64,000 nt of DNA from an uncultured Candidatus Peribacteria bacterium (GTDB lineage Bacteria; Patescibacteriota; Gracilibacteria; UBA1369; UBA12470): assembly GCA_964538865.1 (NCBI GenBank), contig CAZIHU010000002.1, forward strand, positions 30,163-94,162, in the 5' to 3' direction. A program made the translations under genes and the position numbers. The notes below the pieces were generated by a model. The model did no database searches. It was not told the DNA's origin and saw only the letters and a list, made by a program, of their open reading frames with translations. Position 1 is the first letter of the stretch. Every line of letters begins with the position of its first letter. Below are positions 1-8,428 of the stretch, one piece after another.

Positions 1-2
1 AC

Positions 3-179
3 ATTGCACATTACTTGCTGGAGTTGGCTTCACAGTTTTCACGGTGGTACGGCCAAAATAGTGTGAAAAATGCAGAAGATGGACTGCGTGAAGCAAGGCT
101 TGAATTACTTGAGGCGGTCAGGCAAGTGATTAAGAACGGGTTGAATTTGATGGGGATTGAGGTTTTGGAAAGGATGTAA
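3..179 (+). CDS. argS: arginine--tRNA ligase, C-terminal fragment (5' part outside window)
   Basis: Frame open from window edge; translates IAHYLLELASQFSRWYGQNSV...GLNLMGIEVLERM*, the anticodon-binding tail that typically ends ArgRS; absent from ORF track because no start codon is in the window. Confidence 0.8.
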   Translation: MAHYLLELASQFSRWYGQNSVKNAEDGLREARLELLEAVRQVIKNGLNLMGIEVLERM

Positions 180-205
180 AGACGATTTTACAAACCAAAG
201 AATAT

Positions 206-232
206 TGTCACGGAACCGTGACAGCATTTTGT
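206..232 (+). terminator. intrinsic terminator after argS
   Basis: Perfect 8-bp hairpin TGTCACGG-AA-CCGTGACA followed by GCATTTTGTT; a TTGACA -35-like box follows immediately. Confidence 0.55.
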
Positions 233-283
233 TGACATTGCTTTAAAAAAAGAATATACCGAAACACCATCTCAAATTTTCAT

Positions 284-670
284 ATGACCACAGACGACAC
301 ACAAAAAATACTAGCGAAACTGAGTGCTTATGACGAGGAATTTAAGTTCATGAGAGCGAAACTTGAAGCTCATGACGAGGAATTTAAGTTCATGAGAGCG
401 AAACTTGAAGCTCATGATAAGAGGTTCGACGGCATAGACCAGAGACTCGATACTCACGAATTTAGACTCAACAAGCTAACAGACATGGCAATGGAGAACA
501 GCATGCGACTAGATCGAATCGAAGAGACCATGACAACAAAAGATTATATACGCAGAATTGAAGATAAACTCGACGAACTCCTGGGCTTCTACAAAAAACA
601 TGATCAAGAATTCACAATGATGCATCGCAGACTTGAACGAGTAGAAGAAAAAGTAGGTATAGCAATTTGA
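284..670 (+). CDS. hypothetical coiled-coil protein with in-frame 42-nt tandem duplication
   Basis: 128-aa ORF, heptad-like charged/hydrophobic pattern; nt 326-367 and 368-409 are 41/42 identical (A[YH]DEEFKFMRAKLE x2). Confidence 0.6.
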   Translation: MTTDDTQKILAKLSAYDEEFKFMRAKLEAHDEEFKFMRAKLEAHDKRFDGIDQRLDTHEFRLNKLTDMAMENSMRLDRIEETMTTKDYIRRIEDKLDELLGFYKKHDQEFTMMHRRLERVEEKVGIAI

Positions 671-942
671 AGAATTTATATATAAAAACCATTAAAATGT
701 TGAATACCACAAAAAAAACACCAAAACTACCAACCAAAGCAGAGCGAGTAGCCAACAGAAAAAGGATAGAGAAAATTAATCGGGAATGGAGAAAAGAACA
801 AGACAAAAAACTAGCCGAAATAGATAAGAAAATGTCGATTATAGAGAGCTCAAGTAAAAACAGAAAAATAGCCATAATATTACGCCTAGCCAAAAAACAT
901 GGCATAGACACCACTCGGCTCGAGCAAGTGATCAACACATAA
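667..942 (+). CDS. hypothetical Lys-rich small protein
   Basis: 91-aa ORF overlapping the previous stop by 4 nt (ATGA-type coupling); no recognisable domain. Confidence 0.4.
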   Translation: MKNLYIKTIKMLNTTKKTPKLPTKAERVANRKRIEKINREWRKEQDKKLAEIDKKMSIIESSSKNRKIAIILRLAKKHGIDTTRLEQVINT

Positions 943-1112
943 ATAATCTACAACGCAACGAACCCCCAACTCCCGCAATGGTATTTTCCTGGTGCTTATA
1001 CTTGGGGCGTTCCGCTCCTGTAGACAATCGGGGAACTTTAGCTATAATCAAAATCGCGTAAAACACCTTCTCTACAGTTTACACTTTGCAATCTACACTC
1101 TAACTATCTCCC

Positions 1113-3806
1113 ATGAAATTCATCTACTCTTTCGCCGAAGGCAACGCAGACATGAAAGATTTACTCGGCGGCAAAGGGGCCAATTTGGCAGAAATGACTA
1201 AACTAGGCCTCCCGGTTCCTCCAGGTTTCATCATTACAACGGAAACTTGCAACAACTACCTACTAGAAGGACGATGCCCGGAAGGCTTTTTCGATCAGTT
1301 AAAAGAAAAACTCACAGAGCTTGAACTCAACATCGGCAAAAAATTCGGAGACAGCGAAAATCCACTCCTCGTCTCAGTTCGCTCAGGGGCAAAAATTTCA
1401 ATGCCGGGCATGATGGACACAGTCCTCAATCTCGGACTCAACGATCGAACAATCCAAGGCCTCATAAGACAAACAGGCAACACACGTTTTTGCTACGACG
1501 CATACAGAAGATTCATCCAGATGTTCGGGGACGTTGTCCTTGGAGTAAATCATGAAAAATTCGAACAAAAACTGGAAAACCTAAAAGAAAGCCGAGGGAT
1601 AACACTCGATACAGACCTCACCGCGGAAGACCTCGAAATCCTCGTAACAGAATTTAAACAAATAATCCAAGAAGAAACAGGCCACGTCTTCCCGGAAGAT
1701 CCAGAAGCCCAACTCAACCTTTCGATCAAAGCGGTCTTCAGCTCATGGAACAACAAACGCGCAATCACATACCGCAACCTCAACGGAATCCCACACGACA
1801 TCGGCACAGCGGTAAGCGTCCAGACCATGGTGTTCGGTAACATGGGGGACGATTCAGGAACAGGAGTAGCTTTCACACGCTGCCCAGCCACAGGAGAAAA
1901 AATGTTTTACGGCGAATACCTAATAAACGCACAGGGAGAAGACGTTGTCGCAGGGATCAGAACACCATTACACATCCGAGAATTAGCAAACACAATGCCA
2001 GACATTTACGCAGAATTAGTAACGATAAAAGAACGCCTCGAACAGCACTACCACGAAATGCAAGATCTCGAATTCACAATCGAACGCGGCAAGCTTTTCA
2101 TCCTCCAAACTCGCAGCGGCAAAAGAACAGCAGCATCCGCAGTCAAAATAGCAGCAGACATGGTTCGCGAAGGCTTAATCACAAAACAAGAAGCGCTCTT
2201 AAGAATCGACCCGGAACAACTCAATCAACTTCTCCATCCATCGATCGATCCGGGCTCGAACTACACACCGCTCACAAAAGGACTACCCGCATCACCCGGC
2301 GCAGCCACGGGCAAGGTCGTCTTCACAGCAGACCACGCCGCTCAAGCTGCAAAAGACGGAGAACACGTTATCCTCGTCCGCAAAGAAACCAGCCCGGAAG
2401 ACATCCACGGGATGCACGCAGCAGAAGGTATATTGACCTCAACAGGCGGTAACACAAGCCATGCAGCCGTCGTATGTCGTGGGATGGGCAAACCATGTGT
2501 CGCAGGAGCAGGGAAAATGATAGTCAACGGCAAAGCCAGAATATTCATCGTCGGCGAAAAAATCGTAAAAGAAGGTGAAATAATCACGCTCAACGGTACA
2601 ACAGGAGAGGTAATTCTGGGTGAAGTCCCAATGGTTGAACCTAAGCTGGATGCAGAGTTCGGAACGATCATGCAATGGGCGGATGAAATACGCTCACTCA
2701 GGGTGCGGACCAATGCAGACACGCCTGAGGATTCGCAAGTCGCACGAGATTTCGGGGCGGAAGGGATCGGGCTCTGTCGGACTGAGCATATGTTCTTCGC
2801 GGATGATCGGATTGCGGTTATGCGCGAGATGATTATTGGAAAAGATAAACCTGAGGCACGGAGACGAGCTTTGGCAAAGCTTCTGCCGATGCAGAAAGAG
2901 GATTTCATCGGGATTTTTGAAGCGATGAATGGATTCCCGGTTACGATTCGGTTGTTGGATCCGCCGTTGCATGAGTTTTTGCCTGAGACCGGGGAGAAAA
3001 AGAAGACAGCGATGTTGGCGGGTGAGCTGGGGATGAGTTTTGAGGAGGTAAAAGATATTATCGAAAACTTGCATGAAGTTAATCCAATGCTTGGTCATCG
3101 CGGTTGCCGATTGGGGATTAGTTATCCGGAAATTTATGAGATGCAGGCCCAGGCGATCCTCGAAGCTGGAATCGAATGTCATGCACGTGGGATCAGGGTA
3201 AAATCTGAAATCGAAGTTCCGCTTGCGAGTGATGTAAAGGAAGTTGCAGTAGTTAAAGATATTGTTGAAAAAGTTGCAGACGAACTTCGCGATCAAATCC
3301 AGTTCGAATACAAAGTCGGGACAATGGTCGAGTTACCGAGAGCTTGTTTGACAGCAGATAAAATAGTCAAAAAAGCTGAATTCTTATCGTTCGGCACCAA
3401 CGATCTTACGCAAACAACTTATGGATTGAGTCGTGATGACGGAGGCAAATTCCTACCTTTTTACATCGAAGAGGGAATTATGCCAGAAGACCCAACAGTA
3501 ACCATCGATCAGGATGGCGTCGGATTCTTAATGAAAACCTGTGTGCAGCTAGCACGCAGAGTAAAAATAAACATCGAAATAGGAATCTGCGGCGAACACG
3601 GCGGCGACCCTCGTTCGGTGGAGTTTTGCCATGATCTAGGGCTCGATTACGTCAGCTGTTCCCCATATCGCGTACCAATTGCAAGGTTGGCGGCGGCACA
3701 GGCAGTGATAAAGAGTGAGGAGGCCAAGATCCAAAATGAAGAGAGAGAACAGAGGGGGGTGCGGGAGGTTGAGACTGTTTTAGGGCAACCTCAACACGTC
3801 AAATGA
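1113..3806 (+). CDS. ppdK: pyruvate, phosphate dikinase
   Basis: 897 aa; N-terminus MKFIYSFAEGNADMKDLLGGKGANLAEMTKLGLPVPPGFIITTE, phospho-His region TSTGGNTSHAAVVCRGMGKPCV and C-terminal PEP-utilising TIM barrel motifs (FFSFGTNDLTQ-like FLSFGTNDLTQ) are typical PPDK. Confidence 0.95.
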   Translation: MKFIYSFAEGNADMKDLLGGKGANLAEMTKLGLPVPPGFIITTETCNNYLLEGRCPEGFFDQLKEKLTELELNIGKKFGDSENPLLVSVRSGAKISMPGMMDTVLNLGLNDRTIQGLIRQTGNTRFCYDAYRRFIQMFGDVVLGVNHEKFEQKLENLKESRGITLDTDLTAEDLEILVTEFKQIIQEETGHVFPEDPEAQLNLSIKAVFSSWNNKRAITYRNLNGIPHDIGTAVSVQTMVFGNMGDDSGTGVAFTRCPATGEKMFYGEYLINAQGEDVVAGIRTPLHIRELANTMPDIYAELVTIKERLEQHYHEMQDLEFTIERGKLFILQTRSGKRTAASAVKIAADMVREGLITKQEALLRIDPEQLNQLLHPSIDPGSNYTPLTKGLPASPGAATGKVVFTADHAAQAAKDGEHVILVRKETSPEDIHGMHAAEGILTSTGGNTSHAAVVCRGMGKPCVAGAGKMIVNGKARIFIVGEKIVKEGEIITLNGTTGEVILGEVPMVEPKLDAEFGTIMQWADEIRSLRVRTNADTPEDSQVARDFGAEGIGLCRTEHMFFADDRIAVMREMIIGKDKPEARRRALAKLLPMQKEDFIGIFEAMNGFPVTIRLLDPPLHEFLPETGEKKKTAMLAGELGMSFEEVKDIIENLHEVNPMLGHRGCRLGISYPEIYEMQAQAILEAGIECHARGIRVKSEIEVPLASDVKEVAVVKDIVEKVADELRDQIQFEYKVGTMVELPRACLTADKIVKKAEFLSFGTNDLTQTTYGLSRDDGGKFLPFYIEEGIMPEDPTVTIDQDGVGFLMKTCVQLARRVKINIEIGICGEHGGDPRSVEFCHDLGLDYVSCSPYRVPIARLAAAQAVIKSEEAKIQNEEREQRGVREVETVLGQPQHVK

Positions 3807-4132
3807 AAAAGCCCAATCACTTTCTTGCCCTCAGCTTGTAAATCGTTAAAAGCCTTAACCGCATCGCCGGTTACTTCGGCAACAAGCTCAATTCCACGCG
3901 ACTCAATGGCCGAAACTGCATCGTCCATAACTTTGGCAACGCCAGATTGACCTGTGCCAATAACGACAACTTCAGGTTCTTTCTCAAGAGCGCGAGCAAC
4001 GCTTTCTGCATCAATGACGTGACTCTCATTTCGCCACCATTTCTCGATCTTACCTTCCCAATCAACCTCAATATCGTGATCGTAAGTCTGACCATCGATT
4101 GTGATTGAGCCGAATTGGTAAGAAGTAATCAT
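3791..4132 (-). CDS. Mth938-like (DUF498) domain protein
   Basis: 113 aa; pattern GSITIDGQTY...PEVVVIGTGQSG...GIELVAEVTGDAVKAFNDLQAEGKKV matches the Mth938/NDUFAF3-like fold family; 3' end overlaps ppdK 3' end by 16 nt. Confidence 0.7.
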   Translation of the reverse strand: MITSYQFGSITIDGQTYDHDIEVDWEGKIEKWWRNESHVIDAESVARALEKEPEVVVIGTGQSGVAKVMDDAVSAIESRGIELVAEVTGDAVKAFNDLQAEGKKVIGLFHLTC

Positions 4133-4135
4133 ATT

Positions 4136-5077
4136 TTAATAAACAAAAATACCAACCATCAAAGGAATATAAAAAAGAGCAAAAACCGTACTTAACAAAA
4201 CAGCAACAGCAGCCTTTTCCGGATGAGCCTTAAGCTCAGTCGCCAAAGTCACAGTATTAGCCGCCAGAGGAACGATCGCCATCAAAATAAAAATCCCATA
4301 AACCGCCGAATCATAAAATTGAAAAAACTGCCTATCCAGCGCGACAAGAGAGAGCATGATAATCGGCCAGACAATAAATTTTGCCAAAAAAGACAAAGAA
4401 ATAAATTTAAAATCAAAAGCACGAATACAAACTGTCGCTAGCCCCATCCCGATAATCATCATCCCAAGCAAGCTGTAAGCCCCCTTGAAATACTCGATAG
4501 TCGTAAGCCCAATCTCCCCGAGATTAAGATTTAATAAATTGCAGATAATCCCAACAAAAAAAGCATAAATCGTCGGCAGCCGCACCACCTTCATCAAACT
4601 TTCACGAGCAGTATAGTTGCCTTTAGCCGTAATATAAAAACCCAAAGAATTTTCATAAAAAATATATCCAAGAATCGCCAATACCGCTAAACAAAAAGCT
4701 TCATCACCAAACAACATCAAAGCAACAGGCAGCCCAAAATAACCAGTATTCCCAGCACCTGCAGTAAACGCCAAAATATTCTTAGTCGAATCATTCTTGT
4801 AAACAATTTTTCCAATCCCAAAAAACACAAGACACATGCTGCAGCAAATCAAAAAGAACAAAACCGGCAACGACAAATTCGCAAGAGTCAACTCAGCCGA
4901 AAAAGTCCCATAAAAAACCACCGCCGGAGCAATGATATAGATAAGAAGCTTGGCCACAGTCTCCCTCTGTGCACCCAGAACCTTCGCCGCAATAAACCCC
5001 AAAAGAATCATCAAATACAGCGGAATCAGCTTGAGCAGGAGTGTGAGGAAGATTGTCATGGACCCAGTATTACACAT
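4136..5077 (-). CDS. AEC (auxin efflux carrier) family membrane transporter
   Basis: 313 aa, about 10 hydrophobic segments, N-terminal LLKLIPLYLMILLGFIAAK and overall layout typical of AEC/membrane transport protein family. Confidence 0.75.
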   Translation of the reverse strand: MCNTGSMTIFLTLLLKLIPLYLMILLGFIAAKVLGAQRETVAKLLIYIIAPAVVFYGTFSAELTLANLSLPVLFFLICCSMCLVFFGIGKIVYKNDSTKNILAFTAGAGNTGYFGLPVALMLFGDEAFCLAVLAILGYIFYENSLGFYITAKGNYTARESLMKVVRLPTIYAFFVGIICNLLNLNLGEIGLTTIEYFKGAYSLLGMMIIGMGLATVCIRAFDFKFISLSFLAKFIVWPIIMLSLVALDRQFFQFYDSAVYGIFILMAIVPLAANTVTLATELKAHPEKAAVAVLLSTVFALFYIPLMVGIFVY

Positions 5078-5681
5078 CCCCCATACTCCTCACAACCCGA
5101 TCCGCCTTACTCAAATCCTGCTTCCCAGTATCATATCCAATGCTGGTCATCCCCGCCGCATTCGCCGCATGAACACCATGCTCGGCATCTTCAATAACCG
5201 TGCAATCGCGCGGCTTAATACCTAGCCTAGAAGCCGCCAACAGGAAGATATCAGGCGCAGGCTTCCCATTTTCAACGTCCTGACCCGAAACAATAACATC
5301 AAACAAATCCTTTATCCCAAACCGCGTCAAAACAAAATTAATAAAATTGTGATGAGAACTCGACGCCACCGCTAGCTTTCGCCCCTCCGCCTTAAGCTTT
5401 TTAATCAGATCAATAACACCCGGAACAGGCTCAAGATGCTTTTCACACAGATCAAACAGCAGCTTGTCCTTTTCCTCAAAAATCTCATCAAAAGTCGTAT
5501 CCAAATTGTGCTTCCGAATCATATCCTGAAAAAAGAACTCAGGCGTCACCCCAGTATACGAAGCAAGCTCCTCATCAGTCGTCTCAAGCCCATGCTTGCG
5601 AAAAACCTCCTTCTCCGTCCGCACGTGAACAGGTTCACTATTCGCAATCACACCATCCATGTCGAAGATGTAGGCTTTCAT
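5070..5681 (-). CDS. HAD-IA family hydrolase (beta-phosphoglucomutase-like)
   Basis: 203 aa; motif I FDMDGVIANSE, motif III K, motif IV EDAEHGVHAANAAGM. Confidence 0.85.
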   Translation of the reverse strand: MKAYIFDMDGVIANSEPVHVRTEKEVFRKHGLETTDEELASYTGVTPEFFFQDMIRKHNLDTTFDEIFEEKDKLLFDLCEKHLEPVPGVIDLIKKLKAEGRKLAVASSSHHNFINFVLTRFGIKDLFDVIVSGQDVENGKPAPDIFLLAASRLGIKPRDCTVIEDAEHGVHAANAAGMTSIGYDTGKQDLSKADRVVRSMGDV

Positions 5682-5737
5682 TGGCTGGAATTTAGAATAT
5701 GGAGATTAGAATATGGAATGATTTTAAAGACAACCGT

Positions 5738-5929
5738 TTATTTTTTCTTGAAAAATTTAGGGTAATTCTTGATCATCCTCCAGTGCCCAATCACATGTAA
5801 AATCATCAGAAATAGAGTAATGCCGGCAAAAACCTCATGAATATCTTCAAACTCATCGCCAGTAATGTAAGTGGCTACAAAAGAGATTAGCAAGAGAATT
5901 CCGATGATTGCGCTAAGTTTCGGTTTCAT
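5738..5929 (-). CDS. small two-TM membrane protein
   Basis: 63 aa, two hydrophobic helices, start overlaps upstream stop by 4 nt. Confidence 0.45.
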   Translation of the reverse strand: MKPKLSAIIGILLLISFVATYITGDEFEDIHEVFAGITLFLMILHVIGHWRMIKNYPKFFKKK

Positions 5930-6630
5930 AATTCTTTAGAGGTAAAAGTTCCAGAAGCCCAGTCCCAAGTTACTTCAAGAAGCTGAATGTCTGAATAAAC
6001 TTCTTCCAAATAAAAAGTCGTCCCATGCTGAGGCAAGGTATAAAGGATATTATAATACATATCATCAGGAAAAGATTCGCCATACGTCGCTTCATATTTT
6101 TCCTCAAAAAGATCCCACTGATAAACAAGATCCGTACTATGTTCAGGCAAAACTTCATCAGTAATATCCGTATAAACCCCATCGTCATACCTCAAAAAAG
6201 TAAGCCACTGCTCACACATAGGCCCACACCCACGAGTATCAATCGCAACAACATCATTCCCGTCTTCCGCCACAAAAACAGTAAAAGTCATTGATCCATC
6301 CAAAAACAACCCAACATCAAGCTCAATATAATAATTGTCCTCGTCTACGTAGGAACTCTCGAGAATAGGCTCTCGCATATCCTCCCCGATCGGCGGATCT
6401 AAGTATTCAATAGGTATGTCATAATAGTAATCGATGACAGACATTGCTTCGGCTTCTTCGGTGGGTTCTTCCTCAACAGGCTCAATATCTTCTGCGACCT
6501 CTTCTTGCGGTTCTTCGACGACGATTTCGGTTTCATCCGTGGGAGCCGGCTCCCTCGTCGTCGCCGTGCCGCCACACGAAAAAGCTACTAACAACAGGAG
6601 TGCGACACAGTAAAGTGAGAGTTTTTTCAT
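5926..6630 (-). CDS. acidic lipoprotein, hypothetical
   Basis: ORF track 5926..6660; likely start at internal MKKLSLYCVALLLLVAFSCGG (lipobox AFSC); very acidic mature part. Confidence 0.6.
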   Translation of the reverse strand: MKKLSLYCVALLLLVAFSCGGTATTREPAPTDETEIVVEEPQEEVAEDIEPVEEEPTEEAEAMSVIDYYYDIPIEYLDPPIGEDMREPILESSYVDEDNYYIELDVGLFLDGSMTFTVFVAEDGNDVVAIDTRGCGPMCEQWLTFLRYDDGVYTDITDEVLPEHSTDLVYQWDLFEEKYEATYGESFPDDMYYNILYTLPQHGTTFYLEEVYSDIQLLEVTWDWASGTFTSKEL

Positions 6631-6770
6631 GATGGAAAAATTACGAAATTTCAAAAGCACTTTACAGGAAAAGGGAGGACGAGGGTAGGGGGATGATGTT
6701 ATAACCGAACAACTATAACTTTACGTCAAACCATTAATATAACTGAATGACAACTGCAGCTTGCGCTATA

Positions 6771-6977
6771 TCAAATGGACCGGGGGGGTGTGTGTGTAGG
6801 GGGTTTCGTCAAACCTTCAAGCATAGCACGAACCCAAAGCCGTCCATGTTCTGCTTCGGTTAATTCCTGCTCTTCTGCTAGCTTTTTTGCTCCCTGAACG
6901 TCGCCGTTTCTGGCTAAGGTTATCATGTCGTCTACCAGAGGGCGTGACCCCTCAGGGGAATCTTTTGGGTTACCCAT
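6771..6977 (-). CDS. hypothetical small protein
   Basis: 68-aa ORF only; no homology recognised. Confidence 0.3.
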   Translation of the reverse strand: MGNPKDSPEGSRPLVDDMITLARNGDVQGAKKLAEEQELTEAEHGRLWVRAMLEGLTKPPTHTPPRSI

Positions 6978-7094
6978 GATGAATAAAGTTAATTGGGATT
7001 AAATTTTCCATGCTTGAATATAGATTCATATTCAGCGCGCAAATATATCATACATTCAATCACAAAGCTAGGGGTAAGACAAAGTTAAAAGAGG

Positions 7095-7218
7095 GGGGAT
7101 GACGCCCCCGCCGCTGGCGGGGGCTAGGCTTCTGCGTCTCGCTCGGTAATGTCTAAACTTCGTTTAGCCATTACGCTCACTCGACTTGAAGCAGCGAACC
7201 CGCTGGGTTCGCATCCCC
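7095..7218 (-). ncRNA. candidate structured RNA linked to tRNA-Ser (copy 1)
   Basis: Closing stem GGGGAUG/CAUCCCC enclosing hairpin GCGAACCC-AGC-GGGUUCGC, a long arm (GCUUC...GUAAUG-G-CUAAAC-GAA-GUUUAG-A-CAUUAC...GAAGC) and hairpin GCCCCCGCC-AGC-GGCGGGGGC; about 90 percent identical core shared with 12705..12826. Confidence 0.55.
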
Positions 7219-7229
7219 TTTCTTCCTCA

Positions 7230-7267
7230 TCGAAAACCGCTCCCGCAGATGCGGGACCGCTTTTCGA
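7230..7267 (-). other. hairpin spacer between tRNA-Ser and the downstream structured RNA (terminator-like)
   Basis: Imperfect 13-bp palindrome TCGAAAACCGCTCCCGCA-GA-TGCGGGACCGCTTTTCGA abutting the tRNA CCA end; U-run present in this copy only. Confidence 0.45.
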
Positions 7268-7359
7268 TGGCGGAGAGGGGGGGATTCGAACCCCCGCGCC
7301 GGGAAACCCGACCTACAGGATTAGCAATCCCGCCCCTTCAGCCACTTGGGTACCTCTCC
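7268..7359 (-). tRNA. tRNA-Ser (anticodon GCU)
   Basis: Reverse complement folds as cloverleaf: acceptor GGAGAGG/CCUCUCC, anticodon loop UUGCUAA, long variable arm, T arm GGGGG-UUCGAAU-CCCCC, discriminator G and encoded CCA. Confidence 0.9.
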
Positions 7360-7413
7360 GCGCTGGCTGAGCACTCAATTTTTACCTTGAATCAGGAGAT
7401 TTTACAAGAGAGA

Positions 7414-7848
7414 TTACTCGCCACCTTGAACTAGGCGAACAGCAGCCCCGCCTGCCTGACGAGCAACAAGCTCAATGACTTCTGCCTCTTCAACTGGGGC
7501 CACATCAACATCATGAGAAGCCCCTTGGGCCCTCTGCTGATAAATCATGGCAAGCCGCAAACTAATCTGCCCATACAAAATCAAAGAATCTTGATGAGTT
7601 CGGAGTCTCCCCATGCCCAATTTCCTAAGCTGTTCAACAACTTCCGCAACCACATGCGATTCAACCCCAGACAACTCGTCAGCAAGCTTTTTACAAAAAC
7701 CATCCAAAGCCTCCAGCATCCCAGGAGTCGGCCGGCGATTAAAAGCTGGACCAATCACACCAAGAAGTTCATAAAAATCAGCTTCAAGATCAGAAGTGAT
7801 TTCATGAGCTTCACGAGAAGGGCCGGGAGGTAAAGGCATGACATGCAA
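7414..7848 (-). CDS. hypothetical protein
   Basis: 144-aa ORF; start may be the ATG at 7839 (MPLPPGP) which has a TTTAAA box 9 nt upstream. Confidence 0.45.
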   Translation of the reverse strand: MHVMPLPPGPSREAHEITSDLEADFYELLGVIGPAFNRRPTPGMLEALDGFCKKLADELSGVESHVVAEVVEQLRKLGMGRLRTHQDSLILYGQISLRLAMIYQQRAQGASHDVDVAPVEEAEVIELVARQAGGAAVRLVQGGE

Positions 7849-7933
7849 TTTAAAGAGTAGCGAGAGTGGCAGACAAACGATATGGATATACTTTTACCTT
7901 TTCTAAACAAAACAATCAAGGTATTAATGAGAC

Positions 7934-8428
7934 ATGATTGAAGAAATCCTCACCCTCCTCTGGCTCTTCCTCCCCGCAGGCGTCGCCAACATGAGCCCTG
8001 TGCTCTTCAAGTGGTTGCCGGTCGCAAATTATCCAATTCATGCCAAGAAACTTGGTAAAAATAAAACTTGGCGCGGTCTTCTTGCCGGGGTAGTGACAGC
8101 AACTCTTGTCGTTTACTTGCAGCAATGGATCGCCCTTGTCGATTATTCAGCAATCAATCCTCTCATCCTCGGTCCTCTTCTTGGAGCAGGAGCGTTGATT
8201 GGTGATGCGGTTGAAAGCTTTTTCAAACGTCGTCACGGTATTAAGCCCGGAAAACCTTGGATTCCCTTCGATCAAATCGACTGGATCGTCGGCGCGGTTG
8301 TTTTTGCGGAGATTTATGTAAGAATTGGACTGCTCGAAGCCCTAGCCGTCATCGTGATTTTCGGTCTTTTGCACCCGCTTACGAATCTAATCGGATACTT
8401 CCTCAAGATTCGCAAAGTGAAGATTTAA
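7934..8428 (+). CDS. carS: CDP-archaeol synthase family (CarS/DUF46) membrane protein
   Basis: 164 aa; LFLPAGVANMSPVLF N-terminus, KTWRGLLAGV, and GDAVESFFKRRHGIKPGKPWIPFDQIDW match the conserved CarS signature regions. Confidence 0.75.
   Translation: MIEEILTLLWLFLPAGVANMSPVLFKWLPVANYPIHAKKLGKNKTWRGLLAGVVTATLVVYLQQWIALVDYSAINPLILGPLLGAGALIGDAVESFFKRRHGIKPGKPWIPFDQIDWIVGAVVFAEIYVRIGLLEALAVIVIFGLLHPLTNLIGYFLKIRKVKI

Noticed and set aside
7095-7218. Identification of the tRNA-linked element as 5S rRNA, SRP (4.5S) RNA, tmRNA, 6S or a hammerhead-type ribozyme
   Set aside because: - Size is similar to 5S, but it has a four-way rather than three-way junction and lacks the CCGAAC/GAAGUGAAAC-type 5S blocks.
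- There is no GNRA-capped SRP domain IV.
- There is no tRNA-Ala-like acceptor/T-arm pair or tag ORF.
- Junction strands are only 1-3 nt, so there is no CUGAUGA/GAAA core.
- Two diverged copies argue against a unique housekeeping RNA.

A Rfam scan is still required.
7149-7434. ORFs 7149..7370, 7186..7434, 12793..13074 and 12843..13046 spanning the tRNA-Ser loci
   Set aside because: They read through tRNA genes and the conserved RNA element. The two copy-specific substitutions in the shared core are non-synonymous but base-pair compensating, which favours RNA over peptide.
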